Source: Candidatus Omnitrophota bacterium
GTDB taxonomy: Bacteria; Omnitrophota; Gorgyraeia; Pluralincolimonadales; Pluralincolimonadaceae
Assembly (NCBI GenBank): GCA_041653595.1
Contig: JBAZFB010000008.1
Location: 1-62,663 of the forward strand
DNA: 62,663 nucleotides
Direction of reading: 5' to 3'
The position numbers and the translations under genes were made by a program. Every line of letters begins with the position of its first letter. Position 1 is the stretch's first letter. The notes beneath the pieces were generated by a model. That model did no database searches. It was not told the DNA's origin and worked only from the letters and a program-made list of their open reading frames with translations. This document shows, one piece after another, positions 41,982 through 50,658 of this stretch.

Positions 41982-42471
41982 AGAAGATAAAACTAATCAG
42001 GGTTACCGTCAGGAATATCGCGATCCCGACGCTCATATGCAGCGCCCGCTCGTAATTCCCCGGCAGGAAAGCTGCGCCGATCTTATAAACATAGACCGAC
42101 GCTATAACCCTTGCGGTGTTTGCGGCCACCGATACCGCGTAGGATAATAGTAACAGCGGGAACGCATTGAGCATTGCGCGCGGGATGGGAAGATAATAAA
42201 CGCAGGTTCCCATCAAAAGAGTATACAGAAGGACGAAATAATTGAAAGCGTTGCACGATTCGGAGACGCTTACCGGCAGTCCGCCGGCCTCAATTAGGTA
42301 GCTGCCGTCTTTCTGTACCTCGGACGGCGAGCCAAGGAAAAACGATGAGGCCCGGGCGACGGGAAGACAAAAAAGCTTGCCTGAGATCGACGGCATGATC
42401 CCTGGCAAGCTCATCACCGACAGAAAGATCACTGCTGAAATTAATACGCTTCGAAAGGTCTTACCTGGCAA
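41950..42471 (-). CDS. Exosortase/archaeosortase-family transpeptidase (small form)
   Basis: 173 aa and polytopic. Candidate Cys/Arg/His triad in the usual order: ..SESC73NAFNY.., ..AAN118TAR121VI.., ..ALH145MSVG... Confidence 0.65.
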   Translation of the reverse strand: MPGKTFRSVLISAVIFLSVMSLPGIMPSISGKLFCLPVARASSFFLGSPSEVQKDGSYLIEAGGLPVSVSESCNAFNYFVLLYTLLMGTCVYYLPIPRAMLNAFPLLLLSYAVSVAANTARVIASVYVYKIGAAFLPGNYERALHMSVGIAIFLTVTLISFIFFERRFSGGNR

Positions 42472-42489
42472 TTGGACTTTCCCTTAATC

Positions 42490-42900
42490 TCACTTGATGT
42501 GGTACCCCGAGACGCGCCATTTGCCGTCTTTGTCCAGCATAGGCACGACTATCTCCCGGGCGTCGGATTTCTTCCTGAAGTCCGTCTTGTAGACGATGAT
42601 GACATATTCCCCGTCCGGCGCGCCATCCATCTTATTCTTGAATTCCTCGCTTATAAGCTCCCTTGATTCCACAGGCCCGAGCATGCTCCTCAGGCTGGTA
42701 AGCGTGTCTATCCACTCGTTTTTCTTTACCATCGCCTTGAAGAACTCGGCGGCATCGTCATAACTCTTTGCGTAATTTTTCTGGTCAACGGATTCGAGCC
42801 AGCTTTTGGCGGCGATCTTCGCTTTCTTCTCCGGGCTTGCCCCGAAGCATACGCCGGAAACGAACAGCGCTACCAGTAGTACCGCGATCAATCTCTTCAT
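42490..42900 (-). CDS. DUF4019-like secreted protein
   Basis: Signal peptide MKRLIAVLLVALFVSGVCFG, then ..SWLESVDQKNYAKSYDDAAEFFK..DGKWRVSGYHIK. The start is moved to the second Met. Confidence 0.65.
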   Translation of the reverse strand: MKRLIAVLLVALFVSGVCFGASPEKKAKIAAKSWLESVDQKNYAKSYDDAAEFFKAMVKKNEWIDTLTSLRSMLGPVESRELISEEFKNKMDGAPDGEYVIIVYKTDFRKKSDAREIVVPMLDKDGKWRVSGYHIK

Positions 42901-42929
42901 CTTGCCCTCCTTTTCCGAATTAAGCACTC

Positions 42930-43853
42930 TCACCGTAATTGTTCAATATATTTCTGCGCGGCGAAGGCGGCAGTGGCGCCGTCACCGCAGGCCGTTACAA
43001 ATTGATAAAGGAGCTTTTTACGGCAGTCGCCGGCAGCGAAGAACCCTTCGCGCGAAGCCGACATGTCGTCCCCTGTAATAATATACCCTTTCTCGTCCGT
43101 CTCGACAAGCCCTTTCGCTAATTCGGTGTGGGGCTTAAAGCCGACCGCGATGAATACGCCGTGGGCCGCTATCGCCTTCTCTTCTCCGGTCTTTACGTTC
43201 TTGACCGTCACGCCTTCTACCCTCTGGTCGCCTGATATTTCAGCGACGACCGAATCCCATACGAAATTTATCTTTTTGTTCGCGAACGCGCGCTCCTGGA
43301 GTATCTTCGCCGCACGCAGCTCATTCCTCCTGTGGACTACGCTGACCTTCGCGCAGAAATTCGTCAGAAAGAGCGCCTCTTCTATCGCGGTATCCCCTCC
43401 GCCTACGACGACCACTTCTTTATTTTTGAATAACGGCCCGTCGCACGTCGCGCAATAAGAGACGCCGCGGCCTCCCAGCTTGCCCTCGCCCGGCACCGCA
43501 AGCTTGGCGTAACTCGCGCCCATCGCGAATATTACGGCCGCCGCCTTATGCGTATCCTTATCGGTCCTGGCTGTCTTCGCGCCTTTGCCTTTATCCTCTA
43601 TGGAGACGACCGGCTCTATCTTTACCGTGAGCCCGAAGCGCTCGCCCTGCTTTACGATCTCCTCTATTATCTGCATGCCTGAGACGCCTTCCGGGAATCC
43701 GGGATAATTCTCAAGCAGCGGCGAGGTCAATATCTGCCCGCCGGGCATCGCCTTTTCCAGGAGAAGCGTCTTGAGCCGCGCGCGCGAGGCATATATCCCG
43801 GCGGTCAGGCCGGCAGGCCCTCCGCCTATGATTATTAGGTCGTGATCAGGCAT
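42930..43853 (-). CDS. trxB: Thioredoxin-disulfide reductase
   Basis: ..IIIGGGPAGLTA.., the redox-active CATCDG, and ..VVGGGDTAIEEA... 307 aa. Confidence 0.95.
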   Translation of the reverse strand: MPDHDLIIIGGGPAGLTAGIYASRARLKTLLLEKAMPGGQILTSPLLENYPGFPEGVSGMQIIEEIVKQGERFGLTVKIEPVVSIEDKGKGAKTARTDKDTHKAAAVIFAMGASYAKLAVPGEGKLGGRGVSYCATCDGPLFKNKEVVVVGGGDTAIEEALFLTNFCAKVSVVHRRNELRAAKILQERAFANKKINFVWDSVVAEISGDQRVEGVTVKNVKTGEEKAIAAHGVFIAVGFKPHTELAKGLVETDEKGYIITGDDMSASREGFFAAGDCRKKLLYQFVTACGDGATAAFAAQKYIEQLR

Positions 43854-45105
43854 CGGCGCCTTTCTCCTTAAAGAGACGCAGGTCTATGAACCCGAGTATC
43901 CCCGATATTATGTAAAAAACGCTCACCCCGTAGAGTATCCAGCCGCTGTCGACGCGTTCGGCGAGTTTCGCGCCGCCGAGCATGAATATGAGGAACGCCA
44001 GGTTCATCGCGATGCCTAACCAGCTGAATATCCTCCCGCGCATCTTCTCTTCCACCATCTCATGTATCAGTGTGGTCGTAGATATCCCGACCGGCGCCGA
44101 CACCACTCCGAGGATCGCGGCGACGACAGATGCCCCGAGGATCGACTTGGTCCCCTTCAAGACGGCAGTAAATACGAACATCGATATGCCGCATAATATA
44201 AGGCAGGTGAATATGGATTTCGCTTTCGAGAAACGGTGCCCTATCTTCCCGTAGAGAAGCGACCCTATGAAAAATCCGACTCCGAGAGGCATCAACAGGA
44301 TGCTTAAGTCGCGGGTCATCGACCCCATCGCCTCCTGGATAAAGACTATCACTACCGTGTATGCGGCGCCTGCCCCGGCCATAAGGATAAACACCATGCG
44401 GAAAGCGAACCTCGCTTCTCTGTTGTTTTTCAAATATTTGATCCCGTCCTTTATCTCCCTGATAAGCGAGGTATTTATTATCTCTTCTATGTCAACCGAA
44501 CCCTCAGCCTTCTTCCGGCGCCGCCTGTGGCCGGTAATAAAGACGATCGCGAACGCCGACATCAGATAGACGAAGGAATTAAGGTACAGCCCGCCTTTTA
44601 CTTTCAGGAATTCCACCAAAAACCCGCCGACGACAAACCAGAATATAAAGCCTATCATGCCGGTAACTGTAAAAAGCGAATTCGCTACAAGCAATTTTTC
44701 CTTGGAGACGAGGTCCGGTATAATGGCGAGCCTTGCCGGCAGGAAGAAACAGCTCACCGCGAAGATAAGGAATACGGCGGCGTATATCGGGAATGTGGGC
44801 GTGAGGCCCAGGAACGCGACCGGTATCACGAGCACTATCAGGCCGCGCAGGATATCGCAGCCGATCATCGTCCTCTTCCTGTCCCACCTGTCTATGAACG
44901 CGCCGGCTATCGGGCTCACGAAAAAGGAGGGTATTATAGTGAACGAGAGGAACTTGGCGAGCTCGAACGGGGAACCGGGAGCCCTGCTGTAGACTATCGC
45001 TATCAGGGCCATCTGGTTGAGCCTGTCTCCGAATTGCGAGATTATCTGGCCCACCCAGAGGAGGAAAAAATTACGCTCGCTTAGGACTTCCCTGAATCTC
45101 GCCAA
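43846..45105 (-). CDS. MFS transporter
   Basis: 419 aa with about 12 TM segments and the ..GAFIDRWDRKR.. loop motif. Confidence 0.8.
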   Translation of the reverse strand: MARFREVLSERNFFLLWVGQIISQFGDRLNQMALIAIVYSRAPGSPFELAKFLSFTIIPSFFVSPIAGAFIDRWDRKRTMIGCDILRGLIVLVIPVAFLGLTPTFPIYAAVFLIFAVSCFFLPARLAIIPDLVSKEKLLVANSLFTVTGMIGFIFWFVVGGFLVEFLKVKGGLYLNSFVYLMSAFAIVFITGHRRRRKKAEGSVDIEEIINTSLIREIKDGIKYLKNNREARFAFRMVFILMAGAGAAYTVVIVFIQEAMGSMTRDLSILLMPLGVGFFIGSLLYGKIGHRFSKAKSIFTCLILCGISMFVFTAVLKGTKSILGASVVAAILGVVSAPVGISTTTLIHEMVEEKMRGRIFSWLGIAMNLAFLIFMLGGAKLAERVDSGWILYGVSVFYIISGILGFIDLRLFKEKGADA

Positions 45106-45127
45106 ATAATGTTCCGGGGTTTAAGAA

Positions 45128-45203
45128 TGGAGCTGGCGAGAGGAATTGAACCTCCGACCCGCGATTTACGAAACCGCTGCTCTACCAACTGAGCTACGCC
45201 AGC
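45128..45203 (-). tRNA. tRNA-Thr (anticodon CGU)
   Basis: Reverse complement GCTGGCG-TA-GCTC-AGTTGGTA-GAGC-A-GCGGT-TTCGTAA-ATCGC-GGGTC-GGAGG-TTCAATT-CCTCT-CGCCAGC-T-CCA. Confidence 0.9.
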
Positions 45204-45225
45204 GACAAATTTGTCTCGCCCACCC

Positions 45226-45504
45226 CTACTTTACTTCGATGACGCAGTTGGTGCTGCCGTACTGGTTGGGGACGCAGGCGTCGCAGCTCGGGTCGTTCTG
45301 CCATGAACCGTCGACGTAAAACTTGTATTCGTAACGTCCCGGCTTGATGGTCATTCCGGCTGTCCAGTCGTCCTTCCAGTCCTTCTTCATCGGGTTGGCA
45401 TTGACGTCCCAATTGTTGAAATCTCCCGCAACGCTCACACTGCTGGCATAAGGGGCGATGAGTTTAAACGCGACCTTCTTTGTCCCGGCCTTTTTTACTG
45501 CCAT
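45226..45504 (-). CDS. Glycogen-binding (CBM48 / AMPK beta-like, isoamylase early-set) single-domain protein
   Basis: 92 aa: ..VSVAGDFNNWD..PGRYEYKFYVDGSWQNDP... AAAGGAGGG SD upstream. Confidence 0.75.
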   Translation of the reverse strand: MAVKKAGTKKVAFKLIAPYASSVSVAGDFNNWDVNANPMKKDWKDDWTAGMTIKPGRYEYKFYVDGSWQNDPSCDACVPNQYGSTNCVIEVK

Positions 45505-45536
45505 GACTGTTCCCTCCTTTTATTTATATTGTGAAA

Positions 45537-45612
45537 TGGTGCCGAGGAGCGGAATTGAACCGCTCACGCCGGGATTTTCAGTCCCGCGCTCTACCATCTG
45601 AGCTACCTCGGC
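45537..45612 (-). tRNA. tRNA-Phe (anticodon GAA)
   Basis: Reverse complement GCCGAGG-TA-GCTC-AGATGGTA-GAGC-G-CGGGA-CTGAAAA-TCCCG-GCGTG-AGCGG-TTCAATT-CCGCT-CCTCGGC-A-CCA. Confidence 0.92.
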
Positions 45613-45675
45613 ATAGATTACGGATTTAACGAGAAGGTTTCGATATTATATAATTTTAAAAAGGGCAAGTCAACC

Positions 45676-46812
45676 CTATTTTCCCATTATCTTTTCGAGT
45701 TCTTTGTTTATTTTATTACCTAACTTCTTGGCCGCCTCGCCCGCGTCGCCGCCTATCATATTTCCGATCATTTCCCCGGCCTTTGCCGGATTTTCGAGGA
45801 GACGCATGACGCCGTCGGTAAAGGCCTTATACATGGCTTTACTCAGGGCCTTGCCCATCTCCGCGCCCCATTTGAACTCGGGCTTGTTCAGGTCGCCGCC
45901 TATTTCGAAACTGAACTTTACGGTATTATTCTCCTTATTCAGGAAACTTATGACGTCCTCGGTCTTGAGCTCGAAGAGGACCGTCTGGTTCGGGTCGCCT
46001 ATAGGCTCGAGTATGAGGTCCTTGATGCTGACCTGGTTTTTGACATCGAGGTTTCCTTTATTGCAGGCCGCTTTGGTATCCAGGAAAAGGCCGCCTTTAT
46101 TAACCTTGACCGGGAGGAAGCCCCCGTAATAGACCGAGAACTTCGGCATCGGGAGGTTTTCTATCTTTATATTGCCGTCGAAACTCATCGGCTTTTCGAT
46201 AAATTTACCTTTTCCGTCGACCGAGAACTTCCCCTGCCCCTCTATATTGCCTTTCGCGTTCACGCCCGTTATTATCGTCCTGTCGGAAAAGGATACGGAA
46301 TTCACGACCTCGCAGTTTATCGAAGAGAACTCGGTTATCGTGGCCGGCTTAGAGACCCTCTGGTCTATGAACTTGAAATTCCCGTTCTCTATAGCGAACC
46401 TCTTGAACAGCAGCTCGCCGCCTTTCTTCGCGCCGTCTTTCTTTTTGAGCTGCGGGACTTTCAGTTTGCCGGACTCATCGAGGTAAAGTATCGCCTCCGG
46501 GTTCGTCACCACTATGTTATTCAGGATATATTTATTGAACAAGCTCGGCAGGAGATAAAAATCCACGCTTATCTCTTTCGCCCTCAGGATGTAATCGTCC
46601 TTCTTCTCCGGGTTAAGGACCGTTACATCGTCAAGGATCACCTTCCTTTGAAGGACGCTCACCGCGCAATCGCCTATGGTCGCGTCAACTCCCAGCGACT
46701 CCTTCAGGCCCTTGATTATCAGGTTTTTGACATACGGCGCGGCCAACAGCTGGGCGACGAACGCCAGGATGACCAGCGCGCCTATTACGATAAAGAACCT
46801 TTTCCAGAACAT
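45676..46812 (-). CDS. DUF748/AsmA-like envelope protein
   Basis: 378 aa. N-terminal TM anchor followed by beta-rich repeats (..VSVLQRKVILDDVTVLNP.., ..IENGNFKFIDQR..). Confidence 0.6.
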   Translation of the reverse strand: MFWKRFFIVIGALVILAFVAQLLAAPYVKNLIIKGLKESLGVDATIGDCAVSVLQRKVILDDVTVLNPEKKDDYILRAKEISVDFYLLPSLFNKYILNNIVVTNPEAILYLDESGKLKVPQLKKKDGAKKGGELLFKRFAIENGNFKFIDQRVSKPATITEFSSINCEVVNSVSFSDRTIITGVNAKGNIEGQGKFSVDGKGKFIEKPMSFDGNIKIENLPMPKFSVYYGGFLPVKVNKGGLFLDTKAACNKGNLDVKNQVSIKDLILEPIGDPNQTVLFELKTEDVISFLNKENNTVKFSFEIGGDLNKPEFKWGAEMGKALSKAMYKAFTDGVMRLLENPAKAGEMIGNMIGGDAGEAAKKLGNKINKELEKIMGK

Positions 46813-46835
46813 CGCTTATCTCTTTCCGAAAATGT

Positions 46836-48113
46836 TTATTTTGAAAAAGCCAGGTATCCCAACGCCACCAGGTTCAGCGGCGAGATGAACATCAGGATCG
46901 TCAGGACCGCGGCCAGGCCCGGCGATTTCCCGCGCGCTATCGCGACTTTATACCACACATACGCCATCAGGATGACAAAATAGACCGAGTTAAGGACTAT
47001 GACGGCGGTAAATGCGAGCCCGGCGAGAGGATTGAGCGCCGCCACGAAAGCCGATATGAGGATAAGCGCGAAGAACGTAATGACAGGGATGACCAGGAAC
47101 CTGTATTTTATCCATGCTATATTGAGGACAAGGAAGATATTCAGGACCGGCACCCACGCCATCCACCCGTTCAGGGTCTTTGTCTTCGCGGCGATAAACT
47201 GCAGGCACAGGGCGTAATAAATATAAAAAATAAGTATGATGGCAAATGTTAAGGATAAGATCATCGCCCTGGCTTTGCCTGAGGCTAGCGCCGGAAAGGA
47301 CTCCTCGATCTCGACCCTGTCTATCATCGACCTCGTCTCGGCGGGCTGGTTTATCGCGTTGGAGATATCATTTATAAACCCGGTCTTGCTGTATGGTTTC
47401 TTGGATTCAAGGGTTATTTCGCCGTTATCCGACGCGAGGACCACCCTCCCTTTGTCTATCGAGATCACCTGGAACCGCGCGAAATTGTCGCCTTTTTTTA
47501 CGAAATAGGTGCCTCCCTTGTAGTTTATCTGGCCTATAATGTCGCCTTTGCCCGATTCTATATAGCCGTTATAGACGAATTCCTGGCCCACCATCTTAGG
47601 CGGCAGGAGCTTTCCGCCTTTGCCCTTTTTTCCGGCCTGGTCGTCTATGACGGCGAAACCTCCCGCCTCAACGGGAGGTTTCTCGTTAATTTTTGCCGTA
47701 GGTTTCGGCGTCGTCGAAAGTATCTTGTTCATGTTCTGCAGGAACCCGTCCGGGGGAAGGAACCCGGGTATCTTCTGGAGGACGTTGCCGTTGCTGTCCA
47801 GGAAGATTATCGTCGGGAATCCCGAGACGCCGTATTTGTTCGTCAGTTCCTTCTCCTTATCGGCGTTTATCTTGACACAGATGAATTTCGCGGACGCTGC
47901 GTTGACCTTAGGGTCGGAATACGTGTCGCTGTCGAGCTTCTTGCACCAGCCGCACCAGTCCGTATAAAAATCTATCATGACCGGCTTGCCCTGGCTCTTG
48001 GCGGCCTTCAGCGCGTCCTGCAGGTTATATTTCCACGCTATCGCGTCGGCCCGCGGCAATATGAACGCGAATGCCGCGATAAAGGCCAGAATGAAAAAAA
48101 CTTTTTTATTCAT
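46836..48113 (-). CDS. Thioredoxin-fold protein with a beta-rich middle domain and a polytopic C-terminal membrane domain
   Basis: Signal peptide MNKKVFFILAFIAAFAF and a Trx fold with ..IDFYTDWCGWCKKL..GFPTIIF... The C-terminal ~130 aa form about 4 TM helices. The start is moved to 48113. Confidence 0.7.
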   Translation of the reverse strand: MNKKVFFILAFIAAFAFILPRADAIAWKYNLQDALKAAKSQGKPVMIDFYTDWCGWCKKLDSDTYSDPKVNAASAKFICVKINADKEKELTNKYGVSGFPTIIFLDSNGNVLQKIPGFLPPDGFLQNMNKILSTTPKPTAKINEKPPVEAGGFAVIDDQAGKKGKGGKLLPPKMVGQEFVYNGYIESGKGDIIGQINYKGGTYFVKKGDNFARFQVISIDKGRVVLASDNGEITLESKKPYSKTGFINDISNAINQPAETRSMIDRVEIEESFPALASGKARAMILSLTFAIILIFYIYYALCLQFIAAKTKTLNGWMAWVPVLNIFLVLNIAWIKYRFLVIPVITFFALILISAFVAALNPLAGLAFTAVIVLNSVYFVILMAYVWYKVAIARGKSPGLAAVLTILMFISPLNLVALGYLAFSK

Positions 48114-48525
48114 AATCTCCCTCCGGTTTTCTGCGGAAACCCTTCTTCTCCGAATGTATCTTCTTCGCGGCAAGCATCTTCTCCTTCGCCCGCCTCGACC
48201 TCCTGCGCTTCTGCCTCCTTATCTTTTCTATCTTCCTCCTCTCCTCGGAGGCCCTGCCGAGCGCCATGGCTTCTATCTTATTTACCAATATCCTGCGCGC
48301 GAGGAAGCGGTTCAATGCCTGGGAACGCTCCTGCCCGCATTTGACCTCTATGCCCGTGGGTATGTGCTTGAGATAGACGGCGGTCGAGACTTTATTGACA
48401 TTCTGCCCGCCCGGCCCGCTTGAACGGATGAACGACTCGACGATGTCGCTCTCGCGCACCCCGAGCCGCCCCATCTTCTCTTTAAGGGCGCGTTCCTTTG
48501 ATAAGTTTACGTTATAATCTGCCAT
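48106..48525 (-). CDS. GGQ-domain peptidyl-tRNA hydrolase (ArfB-like / RF-1 family small protein)
   Basis: 139 aa: ..IRSSGPGGQNVNKVSTAV.. followed by a highly basic C-terminal tail (RRKIEKIRRQKRRRSRRAKEK..). Confidence 0.8.
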   Translation of the reverse strand: MADYNVNLSKERALKEKMGRLGVRESDIVESFIRSSGPGGQNVNKVSTAVYLKHIPTGIEVKCGQERSQALNRFLARRILVNKIEAMALGRASEERRKIEKIRRQKRRRSRRAKEKMLAAKKIHSEKKGFRRKPEGDYE

Positions 48526-48535
48526 GCGTCAAAAT

Positions 48536-49453
48536 TTATTTTATCACAAAATTGAAAAGATAGCCCGTAAGCATTATCCCTGCTCCTACCACCCCTGCGA
48601 AGACCAAAATGAGCCTCGTCTTCATCACTTTCCTTAATATCACGAATTCCGGGAGCGAAAGCCCGGTCACCGCCATCATGAAAGCAAGCGTCGTGCCCAT
48701 CGCCATCCCTTTTTCCGTGAGCGCGCTGACGAGCGGGATGATCCCTGCGGCGTTTGAGTATAGTGGTATGCCGATAGCTACCGCCAGAGGCACCGCGTAC
48801 CATTTGCCGGCCCCGGCGTATTTAGCGAGGAAATCCACCGGCACATAGCCGTGTATCCACGCGCCCGCGCCTATGCCGATCACGACATAAGGCCAGACGC
48901 TCTTGATGATGAAGACGACGTATGTCTTCGCGTATCTTATCCTGTCAGGCCACGTAAGCTCTATCCCCTCGGTCAGCGGATTTGACTTCCCATTTAATTC
49001 GAGTTTTTCCAGGAACCTCTCCATCTTCATCGCGCCTATCGCCAGGCCCGCAACTATCGCGATCGCCATGCCGCTGGCGATATACAACAGCGCGACCTTC
49101 CAGCCGAACATCCCGAGGAGCATTATAAGCGCGACCTCGTTTATCATGGGCGAGGCGACCAGGAACGTAAATGTCACGCCCAGAGGGACGCCCGCCTCGA
49201 CAAACCCGAGGAAAAGCGGTATCGCGCTGCACGTGCAGAAAGGCGTGAATATGCCAAGCACCGCCGCGAGGACGTGCCCCTTAAACCTGTTGTTATGCGA
49301 GAGTATCTTTCTTGTTTTTTCGGGCGGGAGGAACGAACGGATTATCGAGACTATAAAGATGATGACGGCAAGCAGGAGGAATATCTTTATCGTATCGTAG
49401 ACGAAAAAATTTACGGCTTCGTTCAGGCGCGGGTTCCCGCTGAATATATCCAT
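48536..49453 (-). CDS. Permease (DUF318/YraQ-ArsP-like) membrane protein
   Basis: 305 aa with about 8 TM segments and the ..FTPFCTCSAIPLF.. Cys motif typical of this permease family. Confidence 0.65.
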   Translation of the reverse strand: MDIFSGNPRLNEAVNFFVYDTIKIFLLLAVIIFIVSIIRSFLPPEKTRKILSHNNRFKGHVLAAVLGIFTPFCTCSAIPLFLGFVEAGVPLGVTFTFLVASPMINEVALIMLLGMFGWKVALLYIASGMAIAIVAGLAIGAMKMERFLEKLELNGKSNPLTEGIELTWPDRIRYAKTYVVFIIKSVWPYVVIGIGAGAWIHGYVPVDFLAKYAGAGKWYAVPLAVAIGIPLYSNAAGIIPLVSALTEKGMAMGTTLAFMMAVTGLSLPEFVILRKVMKTRLILVFAGVVGAGIMLTGYLFNFVIK

Positions 49454-49506
49454 TTTATTTAAAACCCGGATTTGAAGTGACCGTGAGGACGTGTCCGCGC
49501 ATGACG

Positions 49507-49911
49507 CTAGTTGACTACGACGTCAACCTGAAAGATCTTTAACGGCGCGATCTTCTTCTCCCACGACCGGTGATAGGCAAGCTTGAGCATCGTCTTTCCC
49601 GGGCCCGCCGCCTTAAAGCGCAGGGTGACCTTTCCCGGCGCGCCTATGAGGTTCGTATCGGACTTGAATTTCACGGCGCTCTCGACCTGTTTCAGCACGG
49701 ACGTATTTACCGAGACGATCTCCCACGTATAGCCCGTGGTCGGATTCCCGGGAAGCTCGACTATGAGGGTGTTCCCGGCCGTGAGCTCTACCAGCTTTCC
49801 GTTATCTTTCTCGATTATCTTCTTCGATTCCATGGAACGGTCTACCGCGCATCCGGAGAGGAAGAACGCGGCGATCAATACGAGGGCGGAACTCCTTTTA
49901 AGGCTTACCAT
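49507..49911 (-). CDS. Chagasin-family (I42) cysteine-peptidase inhibitor, lipoprotein
   Basis: 134 aa. Lipobox ..FFLSGCAV, then ..LIVELPGNPTTGYTWEI... Confidence 0.75.
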   Translation of the reverse strand: MVSLKRSSALVLIAAFFLSGCAVDRSMESKKIIEKDNGKLVELTAGNTLIVELPGNPTTGYTWEIVSVNTSVLKQVESAVKFKSDTNLIGAPGKVTLRFKAAGPGKTMLKLAYHRSWEKKIAPLKIFQVDVVVN

Positions 49912-49923
49912 TTGACCTCCGTT

Positions 49924-50277
49924 TTACGGTGACGGCGTGGTGTCTTCGAGGCTTATGAGCGTGCCTGTCCCGTCGGGATTCTCGTAATACCTGACGGTGA
50001 CGGCGTCATCTATCTGCAGTTCCGAAAAATCTATCGCTTCCGCGCCCTTCCTTATGACCGCGTTATCGGGCACGGCAAGGACCAGCTCGCGGTAGCTGTT
50101 ATCCTGGCCGTTCAGCCATTTGACGACCATCTTTGACCCGGCCCAGTCCAGGTCGAAGATCGTCCCGTCGACGGCCTTGACTTCGCGAAGCTCTCCCTGC
50201 TCCTGTTGGCAATAGCAGGGCGCGGCTGCGACGGTCCCCAGGACCGCGATCAAAAGCGTAACGATTATTTTTGTCAT
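49924..50277 (-). CDS. Hypothetical secreted protein
   Basis: 117-aa ORF with a signal peptide (MTKIIVTLLIAVLGTVAAAPC). Coding-like composition. No recognisable domain. Confidence 0.55.
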   Translation of the reverse strand: MTKIIVTLLIAVLGTVAAAPCYCQQEQGELREVKAVDGTIFDLDWAGSKMVVKWLNGQDNSYRELVLAVPDNAVIRKGAEAIDFSELQIDDAVTVRYYENPDGTGTLISLEDTTPSP

Positions 50278-50288
50278 CCCATCTTCCC

Positions 50289-50654
50289 TTATTCTATGAC
50301 GGTTATCCGGTCGAGCGCGCCGCTATCGTCGAAGAAGAGGCGTATCTTCGGCTTGTTTAAGAGGTCTGTCGTGCCGGGCCTGTAGACCCATATCTGCCTC
50401 TTGCTCGCCGCCTCGGTCACAATGGCCACAGGCTCTCCGTATTTCAAGACCGCGGCCTGCTTGACGCCCTTCTTTATCTCGCCTTTGGTGACAGCTTCTT
50501 TTACCAGGCCGTAAACAGCGGTCTCTTTGTCATAATCGCGCTGTATATCGTCCATGCTCTTCCCGACCTGCATAAGTGTCCCTATGCCGTCGGCGGCTGA
50601 CGTGAACGGCGCCAAAATTATCGCCAAAGCCAAAAGATATATATATTTTTTCAT
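50289..50654 (-). CDS. Hypothetical secreted protein
   Basis: 121-aa ORF with a signal peptide (MKKYIYLLALAIILAPFTSAA). No recognisable domain. Confidence 0.55.
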   Translation of the reverse strand: MKKYIYLLALAIILAPFTSAADGIGTLMQVGKSMDDIQRDYDKETAVYGLVKEAVTKGEIKKGVKQAAVLKYGEPVAIVTEAASKRQIWVYRPGTTDLLNKPKIRLFFDDSGALDRITVIE

Positions 50655-50658
50655 AGTC

